Assembly (NCBI GenBank): GCA_964430945.1
Contig: CAYSHH010000002.1
Span: 2,037 to 66,036 of the forward strand
Length of the DNA: 64,000 nucleotides
Source of the DNA: an uncultured Candidatus Saccharibacteria bacterium
GTDB lineage: Bacteria; Patescibacteriota; UBA1384; JAMDBS01; CAYSHH01
Reading direction: 5' to 3'
Position numbers and translations under genes: made by a program. The notes under the pieces were generated by a model. The model was given only the letters and a program-made list of their open reading frames with translations. It ran no database searches and was not told the origin of the DNA. This document shows positions 58,143 to 64,000 of this stretch, in pieces (the first letter of the stretch is position 1; each line of letters begins with the position of its first letter).

Positions 58143-58535
58143 ATGAACAAAAAAGGTTTTACGCTTATCGAGCTTTTGGTGGTCATTGCTATTATTGGTA
58201 TTTTGGCCGTGATTGTTTTAGCAGCATTAAATCAAGCTAGAAAGTCAGCTAGGGATGCAAAATTAAAAGAAGGTGTAAACAATGTAATGACTGCTATTGA
58301 GACCTATATCGCTGTTGAAGGGGATTATCCAACAGTCGATACTGATCTTACTGATGGCGGAACTTATTTAACGATTATGCCAGAAGGTGTCTCGGCAGAG
58401 TATGACACTAATACATATTGTGTATATTCTAAAAACTTTGAAACGAATACATCTAAAAGATTTTACGCACAAAATGGTGTAGCTAATGAATGTGGTGGTG
58501 ATGGAGATGTCGCTTGTCCATGTCCTTCATCCTAG
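58143..58535 (+). CDS. pilA: Type IV major pilin
   Basis: Prepilin leader plus [21 protein letters not shown]-terminal Cys residues, and the strong SD aggagg. Confidence 0.8.
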   Translation: MNKKGFTLIELLVVIAIIGILAVIVLAALNQARKSARDAKLKEGVNNVMTAIETYIAVEGDYPTVDTDLTDGGTYLTIMPEGVSAEYDTNTYCVYSKNFETNTSKRFYAQNGVANECGGDGDVACPCPSS

Positions 58536-58568
58536 TATCGAATATTTAAAGCGATAGTTTTGATATTA

Positions 58569-58596
58569 GATGAGAAGAAATATTTTTCTTCTCATC
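58569..58596 (+). terminator. Hairpin after pilA (partial terminator or RNA stabiliser)
   Basis: A perfect 12-bp stem gatgagaagaaa/tttcttctcatc. Confidence 0.4.
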
Positions 58597-58619
58597 AATA
58601 ATAAAATTATTTTAACGAT

Positions 58620-59381
58620 ATGTTTAATGAAATAGTGATATTTATTATTGGATTGATATGTGGATCATTTTTAAATAGTGTAATTTATAGAATGCGTGAA
58701 CTTAGTAGTATATTTTCGGAAAGATCGCATTGTCCACATTGCAAGGAAGAAATTAAATGGTATGATTTAGTTCCTCTTTTTTCTTTTGTTGCATTGGGAG
58801 GAAAATGTCGTAAATGTTCTAGGAAAATATCATGGCAATATCCAGTTGTTGAATTGGGCACTGCATTTTTATTTTTAGTACTATATCTCAATTTTGGATT
58901 AACCACTTATTCAATAGGGATTATGGCTGTATCACTTTTTCTCGTTGTAGTGTTCGTATACGATCTTTATCATGAAATTATACCTGATCTAATGATAATC
59001 CCATCGATTGTGATATGGGCGATGATGTGGCTGGGAATGATTGTGTTTAAATACAGTTTAGGGGCAAGCTTTGTGGATCTTTTATATGGAGCATTAGTAG
59101 GAGGTGGATTTATTGGTTTTTTAGTGCTTGTTACCAAGGGCAAAGGTATGGGTGTAGGTGATATTAAATTGGTATTTCTTCTTGGATTTATTCTTGGGTG
59201 GCCAAATATTCTAGTTGGACTTATATGTGCATTTATCTTAGGTGCAATTGTAGGAACTTTACTCGTAATAAGTAGTGTTAAAAAAATGAAATCAAGTATA
59301 CCATTTGGTCCTTTTTTAATCGCAGGATTCTATTTCGCATTATTCTATGGTTCAAGAGTAATTGATTGGTATTTAAAATAA
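58620..59381 (+). CDS. pilD: Prepilin peptidase (A24 family)
   Basis: An N-terminal CPHC...CRKC zinc motif, multiple TMs and catalytic Asp-containing loops. Confidence 0.8.
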   Translation: MFNEIVIFIIGLICGSFLNSVIYRMRELSSIFSERSHCPHCKEEIKWYDLVPLFSFVALGGKCRKCSRKISWQYPVVELGTAFLFLVLYLNFGLTTYSIGIMAVSLFLVVVFVYDLYHEIIPDLMIIPSIVIWAMMWLGMIVFKYSLGASFVDLLYGALVGGGFIGFLVLVTKGKGMGVGDIKLVFLLGFILGWPNILVGLICAFILGAIVGTLLVISSVKKMKSSIPFGPFLIAGFYFALFYGSRVIDWYLK

Positions 59382-59435
59382 ATAAAAATCGTTAAATAGT
59401 AATTGATCGCTTCGCGACATTATATTGGAGAAAAA

Positions 59436-59918
59436 ATGATTGAGAAAATTTTTGACAGAGGGATAGAAAGAGGTTTTACGCTTGTAGAGCTTTTGGTAGT
59501 CATATCAATTATTGGAATATTGTCAACTGTTATTGGGGTAAATTATAGTAGTGCCAAGAAAGCAACTCGTGATGCCAAGAGGAAAACTGATATGGAAAAT
59601 GTTGCCGCAGCTTTTGAGTTGTATTACAGTGAGAATAAGGAATATCCTGCTTGTCCATATGAAGATGCAGCAGCTTTTCTTAATGAGGCTGGTTATCTAA
59701 CAACAATACCTAGTGATCCTAGTGGTGATAATGGTTTTAAATATCAATGTAGTTCTGGTGAGAATTGGTTTGGAATCTATACCCCATTAGAGAAACCAAC
59801 TAAAACCGATCCGACCTTAGGAATCACTGAATTGCCAACTAAGGATAATATTAAACAAGGAAATGGAACATATAAGGTTGGAGATGAGGCAGTGTTTTAT
59901 CGTGTAGTCGGTGAATAA
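59436..59918 (+). CDS. Type IV pilin-like protein (minor pilin 1)
   Basis: GFTLVELLVVISIIGIL after a short leader. The ORF track opens at 59403, but the ATG at 59436 has the SD ggag. Confidence 0.65.
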   Translation: MIEKIFDRGIERGFTLVELLVVISIIGILSTVIGVNYSSAKKATRDAKRKTDMENVAAAFELYYSENKEYPACPYEDAAAFLNEAGYLTTIPSDPSGDNGFKYQCSSGENWFGIYTPLEKPTKTDPTLGITELPTKDNIKQGNGTYKVGDEAVFYRVVGE

Positions 59919-59955
59919 ATAATATTTTTAAGTTTTTTAATTTAGAATAAGTATA

Positions 59956-60486
59956 ATGGCAAAAAATAAAGTATCGATAAGTACAACGGGTTTTACACTG
60001 ATAGAAATATTAGTGACCATTGCGATTGTGGGATTGATGTTGGTAGTATCAGTGCCGACTTTTAGAGATTATAAATATAGAAATGACTTATCTCGTGGAG
60101 CTGATTTAATTCAATCTGCAATATATGAGACTAAAAATTTGGCATTGTCGCCTCAAACAGATAAAAATGAAGATACTGGATATTATGTAATCGAATTTAT
60201 TTCAGGAAATGAAGGTAATATGGTTTCGATCTATGAAGCTGCTAGCGAAAGTACCGTCTTTGAGGATATGATATTAGTTAAAAAATTTGATTTACCTGAA
60301 GGAGTAGTATTGGATGCTGGTAGCTTGCCGGCAGATGGTATATTTTATTCTATTGAGAAACAAGGAGAAATAATTAAACCAGTAGAAAATGTTGAAATTA
60401 AAATCAGCCATGAAGATATTATTGGAAGCAATAACTTAAAAACTATATCAGTCAATCATGTGACTGGTCAGGTTAGTATTAAATAA
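59956..60486 (+). CDS. Type IV pilin-like protein (minor pilin 2)
   Basis: TGFTLIEILVTIAIVGLM prepilin motif. Confidence 0.65.
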   Translation: MAKNKVSISTTGFTLIEILVTIAIVGLMLVVSVPTFRDYKYRNDLSRGADLIQSAIYETKNLALSPQTDKNEDTGYYVIEFISGNEGNMVSIYEAASESTVFEDMILVKKFDLPEGVVLDAGSLPADGIFYSIEKQGEIIKPVENVEIKISHEDIIGSNNLKTISVNHVTGQVSIK

Positions 60487-60512
60487 TAAAAATATTTACA
60501 TATAGAGGATAA

Positions 60513-61073
60513 ATGAAACTAAAAAACCAACATATGAATTCTCGGGGATTTGGGATAATCGAAGTGTTAATTTCAGCGATGATTCTTATGGTTGTAGTTG
60601 GTGCTGCAGTTGGATTAAGTAGATCAATGGTTAAGAAAAATGTTGAAGTTGGCGAAAAGGTGCAGGCTTATAATTTAGTCAGAGAAGGGCTTGAAATAGG
60701 ACGAGCATATAGAGATACAATATGGATAGATTATAGTAGTGAATCTTGGGGGGATTATTTCCCTGACTTTGAACAGGATTTTATATTTGTTAGTGACCCC
60801 GATACGGGAAGTGATGGGGCTTTTGACATACAATTGACGAACGATGGTGAAAGAATTACAAAAGATGGCATCGAATATACTAGAACTTATATTGTAAAAG
60901 GGTTAACAAATTCTACCTTAGAAAATTTAAACAGTATTGTTGATCCAGATAGTCAAGAAAATTTTGATCTCAGTAGTCAGATAATGACATTAAGTGTTAA
61001 AGTAAGTTGGAATGATGGTAAAAATGATGTTCAGGCAGCGACAATACTTACGAACTGGAAACCACAAATATAG
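60513..61073 (+). CDS. Type IV pilin-like protein (minor pilin 3)
   Basis: RGFGIIEVLISAMILMVVVG prepilin motif. Confidence 0.6.
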   Translation: MKLKNQHMNSRGFGIIEVLISAMILMVVVGAAVGLSRSMVKKNVEVGEKVQAYNLVREGLEIGRAYRDTIWIDYSSESWGDYFPDFEQDFIFVSDPDTGSDGAFDIQLTNDGERITKDGIEYTRTYIVKGLTNSTLENLNSIVDPDSQENFDLSSQIMTLSVKVSWNDGKNDVQAATILTNWKPQI

Positions 61074-61116
61074 TATGACTAAAACCAGATCGGAAATTAG
61101 TATAAATGTTACTAAT

Positions 61117-61695
61117 ATGAAAAAGGATAAAAATATAAAAAATGGGTTTACTCTTATTGAAGTATTGATTTCTACTGCTATTTTTGTTGTTTTGATAGCC
61201 ACTGTTGTTTCGACTTTTGGGTTGGGGTCTGATTTGCAAAATAAGACTTTGGCAATTAGAGAATCGTCTCAAAATGCTCGATTTATTATCGAAGCAATTG
61301 CTAGGGATGTGCGACTTGCAGATAGTTTTCGAATTTTAGATGATGGCAAAACTATAGAAATATACAAAGAAAACGAAACTATTACATATAGTATCGTAAA
61401 TGATATAGAAACTAATAAAGGTGTGATTGCGTATAGTGACGGTGTTAATAATGAAAATTTAAATGGTGAATCATTGGATATAAGTTATGATAACTCTAAT
61501 TTTAGTGGTGTTGATATCGATTCTAATGAGAAGGTTCAATCTTATGTTAAAATAAATATTGAGTTTGGATCTGATGTAGGGAAGAGTAATAAAAACAAAG
61601 AGACGTATAGTGAGAATGTAGAAACGACAGTTTCTACTCGGGCTTACAATAAAGGATATAGCGGCAAAATAACATCAGACGAGACAGCTGAATAA
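61117..61695 (+). CDS. Type IV pilin-like protein (minor pilin 4)
   Basis: NGFTLIEVLISTAIFVVLIA. The start is trimmed from the ORF-track 61012 to the Met just before the leader. Confidence 0.6.
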   Translation: MKKDKNIKNGFTLIEVLISTAIFVVLIATVVSTFGLGSDLQNKTLAIRESSQNARFIIEAIARDVRLADSFRILDDGKTIEIYKENETITYSIVNDIETNKGVIAYSDGVNNENLNGESLDISYDNSNFSGVDIDSNEKVQSYVKINIEFGSDVGKSNKNKETYSENVETTVSTRAYNKGYSGKITSDETAE

Positions 61696-61726
61696 TAGTT
61701 ATTTATGTATCTTTTGTCTATTAAAT

Positions 61727-61748
61727 ACGGTTAAAAACCGTTTTTTAT
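61727..61748 (+). terminator. Rho-independent terminator closing the pilus operon
   Basis: acggtt-aaaa-accgt followed by T6. Confidence 0.55.
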
Positions 61749-61804
61749 TTTTTATAAAGAGCACTGATTTGATAGTATGAGTATATTTTCGTATAATAAA
61801 TGGT

Positions 61805-62269
61805 ATGAAAAAGATAATAGAACGACAACTTTCTAAGAAAATGAATATATATTCTGATGGGGGATCAAGGGGAAATCCTGGTCCGTCAGCTTATGGATTT
61901 GTGGCCTATGATGATAAGATGAATAAGTTATTTGAAGGCAGTCAATACCTTAATATAGTTACCAACAACCAAGCAGAATACAGAGGAGTGCTCGGTGCGC
62001 TTGAGTTTGTATATTCTATATGTGCAAACAATGACAAGGAGAGTTATCCAGAAATACATTTCTATCTTGATAGTAAGCTTATTGTTGAGCAAATGAATGG
62101 TCAGTACAAAATTAAGAGTGACAACTTGAAAATTATCTATTGGCAAATTAGGGATCTTATTTTGAAGCTTGGTGGTAAAATTACATTTGAGCACATATCA
62201 CGTGAAAAAAACAAAGTCGCTGATAAATTAGTTAATGAGGAAATTGATAGAAATGTTAATAAAGACTAA
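61805..62269 (+). CDS. rnhA: Ribonuclease HI
   Basis: IYSDGGSRGNPGPSAYGF and the catalytic D/E/D pattern. An alternative start is at 61841. Confidence 0.8.
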   Translation: MKKIIERQLSKKMNIYSDGGSRGNPGPSAYGFVAYDDKMNKLFEGSQYLNIVTNNQAEYRGVLGALEFVYSICANNDKESYPEIHFYLDSKLIVEQMNGQYKIKSDNLKIIYWQIRDLILKLGGKITFEHISREKNKVADKLVNEEIDRNVNKD

Positions 62270-62310
62270 GAATATTATTACATAAGTGATATATAATAAA
62301 TGGAGTGAAA

Positions 62311-64000
62311 ATGTTTAAAGAAGTTGATCCAAGACAGGATTTTATCAAATTAGAACATGAAATTATTAAATATTGGGATAAGTATGATATACAGGAAAAA
62401 TATCTTAATAAAAATAATAATTCAAAAAAAAGATGGTCTTTTCTAGATGGTCCTATTACTGCCAACAATAAAATGGGAGTACATCATGCATGGGGAAGAA
62501 CACTTAAAGATCTTTGGCAGAGATTTTATACATTGCAAGGTTACAAACAAAGATATCAAAATGGTTTTGATTGTCAGGGATTATGGGTAGAGGTAGAAGT
62601 TGAGAAAGAGCTTGGTTTTAAGAATAAAAAGGATATTGAAAAATATGGTATCGGTAAGTTTGTAAATAAATGCAAAGAGAGAGTTCTTAAGTATTCTAAA
62701 ATTCAGACTGAACAGTCGAAGAGACTTGCTGAATGGATGCATTGGGATAATTCGTACTATACAATGTCAGAAGAAAATAATTATACGATATGGCACTTTC
62801 TTAAAGTTTGTTATGAAAATGGGTGGATTTATGAAGGTACAGACTCTGTTGCTTGGTGTCCAAGATGTGGAACAGCTATATCTCAACATGAAATGCTAAC
62901 AGAAGAATACAAGGAGATTATACATGATTCGGTATTTTTTACATTGCCAATTTTGAGTGGTAAATATAAAAATTATTATCTTTTAGTATGGACCACGACA
63001 CCTTGGACAATACCGGCAAATGTTGCGGTTGCCGTAGACCCAATCAAAGATTATGTTGTAGTAGAAGAGAACGGTAAAAAAATGATACTACTTGAGTCGC
63101 GTATTGGAAAAATTTTTGGTAAGAAAATGAATGTGATCGAAAAGATGAAAGGTAATAAAATTGTTGACGCTACATATAAACCACCATTTTTTGACCTTCC
63201 TTATATAAAGGATATTCTTAATAAAGAAAAATATGAGTGTAGAGTTGTAGCATCGGACGAAATGATACTACCGGTTAGTGAAAATGAAGGAACTGGGTTA
63301 GTTCATATTGCACCGGGTGCTGGTGCTGAAGATTTCCGTTTAGGTAAAAAATATGGTTTGCCAGTAATTAATGTTATTGATGAAGGCGCTAATTATATTA
63401 AAGAAATGGATAATTTGACTGGTAAAAACGCCAAAGATGATCCCGAATTAATATTTGATTACTTAAAAAGTAATTACAACGGTCGTTATTTATATAAAAT
63501 TGTTCCTTATAAACACAGATATCCAACATGCTGGAGATGTAAGACTGAATTAGTTTGGAGAAATGTTAATGAATGGTATATCGCTATGGATAAGAAATCA
63601 AAGAATAGTACTAAAACATTTCGCGAACGTATGATAAATGCAGCAAAAAAAATAAATTGGATTCCTAGCTGGGGACTTGATCGTGAACTCGACTGGCTTA
63701 ACAACATGCATGATTGGCTTATATCTAAAAAAAGGTATTGGGGGCTAGCATTGCCAATATGGAAATGCGATAAATGTGGAAAATATCATGTAATTGGATC
63801 AAAAGATGAGCTTGAGAAAAAGGCAATTAAAGGCTGGAAATATTTTAATGGCCATACTCCTCATAGACCATGGATTGATGAAATAAAAATTGAGTGTGAG
63901 CAATGTGGTAATAGTGTCAGTAGAATTAAAGATGTTGGAAATCCTTGGCTTGATGCCGGAATTGTACCATTTTCTACTTATATTGACCCTAAAACAAAAA
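62311..64000 (+). CDS. ileS: Isoleucine--tRNA ligase, N-terminal part (3' end lies beyond the window)
   Basis: PITANNKMGVHHAWG (HIGH region), GFDCQGLWVE, WTTTPWTIPANVAV and WCPRCGTAI. The frame stays open to the end of the window. Confidence 0.75.
   Translation, partial: MFKEVDPRQDFIKLEHEIIKYWDKYDIQEKYLNKNNNSKKRWSFLDGPITANNKMGVHHAWGRTLKDLWQRFYTLQGYKQRYQNGFDCQGLWVEVEVEKELGFKNKKDIEKYGIGKFVNKCKERVLKYSKIQTEQSKRLAEWMHWDNSYYTMSEENNYTIWHFLKVCYENGWIYEGTDSVAWCPRCGTAISQHEMLTEEYKEIIHDSVFFTLPILSGKYKNYYLLVWTTTPWTIPANVAVAVDPIKDYVVVEENGKKMILLESRIGKIFGKKMNVIEKMKGNKIVDATYKPPFFDLPYIKDILNKEKYECRVVASDEMILPVSENEGTGLVHIAPGAGAEDFRLGKKYGLPVINVIDEGANYIKEMDNLTGKNAKDDPELIFDYLKSNYNGRYLYKIVPYKHRYPTCWRCKTELVWRNVNEWYIAMDKKSKNSTKTFRERMINAAKKINWIPSWGLDRELDWLNNMHDWLISKKRYWGLALPIWKCDKCGKYHVIGSKDELEKKAIKGWKYFNGHTPHRPWIDEIKIECEQCGNSVSRIKDVGNPWLDAGIVPFSTYIDPKTK

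Noticed and set aside
1-64000. CRISPR arrays, rRNA genes, IS elements, integrases and prophage genes
   Set aside because: I saw no regularly spaced direct repeats, no rRNA-like conserved stretches, and no transposase, integrase, capsid or terminase motifs. Strand bias and composition are uniform across the window, so no island boundary was identified.

Overview
This is an AT-rich, gene-dense bacterial window with short intergenic spacers, roughly one-third GC by eye. Nearly every gene lies on the + strand. I found no rRNA, CRISPR array, transposase, integrase or phage structural gene.

Gene content, in order:
- (i) Nucleoside salvage and DNA repair: MTA phosphorylase, a RhuM/Doc-type Fic protein, a NUDIX hydrolase, two tandem nucleoside-2-deoxyribosyltransferase-fold paralogs, mutM, a GlmU-like uridylyltransferase domain and recO.
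- (ii) The alr and murI racemases.
- (iii) glyQS, followed by a small cluster of unknown ORFs.
- (iv) A long but atypical dcw cluster. It runs mraZ, rsmH, ftsL, ftsI, murF, mraY, uppS, a polyprenyl synthase, murD, ftsW, murG, a zinc-ribbon micro-ORF, murC, murB and ftsQ. It has a textbook mraZ promoter with a GTGG(G) operator array, and lacks murE, ddl, ftsA and ftsZ.
- (v) recJ, radA, a PAP2 phosphatase and a minus-strand operon of PBP1A, a NUDIX gene and a HEPN-like gene.
- (vi) tyrS, argS, a large membrane protein with a dead PP2C-like domain and a beta-propeller, an M50 protease, rpmB, a zf-trcl zinc-ribbon protein, and holB-PSP1(ricT-like)-TPR.
- (vii) A tRNA-Thr/Tyr/Thr, rpmG, tRNA-Trp cluster.
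- (viii) Three secreted or anchored proteins, including a 772-aa Cys-rich protein, directly upstream of a complete type IV pilus locus. The locus has pilN-pilO, pilB with a long low-complexity insertion, pilT, pilC, pilA, pilD and four minor pilins, but no pilM and no secretin.
- (ix) rnhA and the 5' part of ileS.

Reduced metabolism, salvage enzymes and a secretin-less T4P suggest a small-genome, possibly episymbiotic (CPR/Patescibacteria-like) organism; this is inference only. All calls rest on motif recognition by eye. No database search was run.
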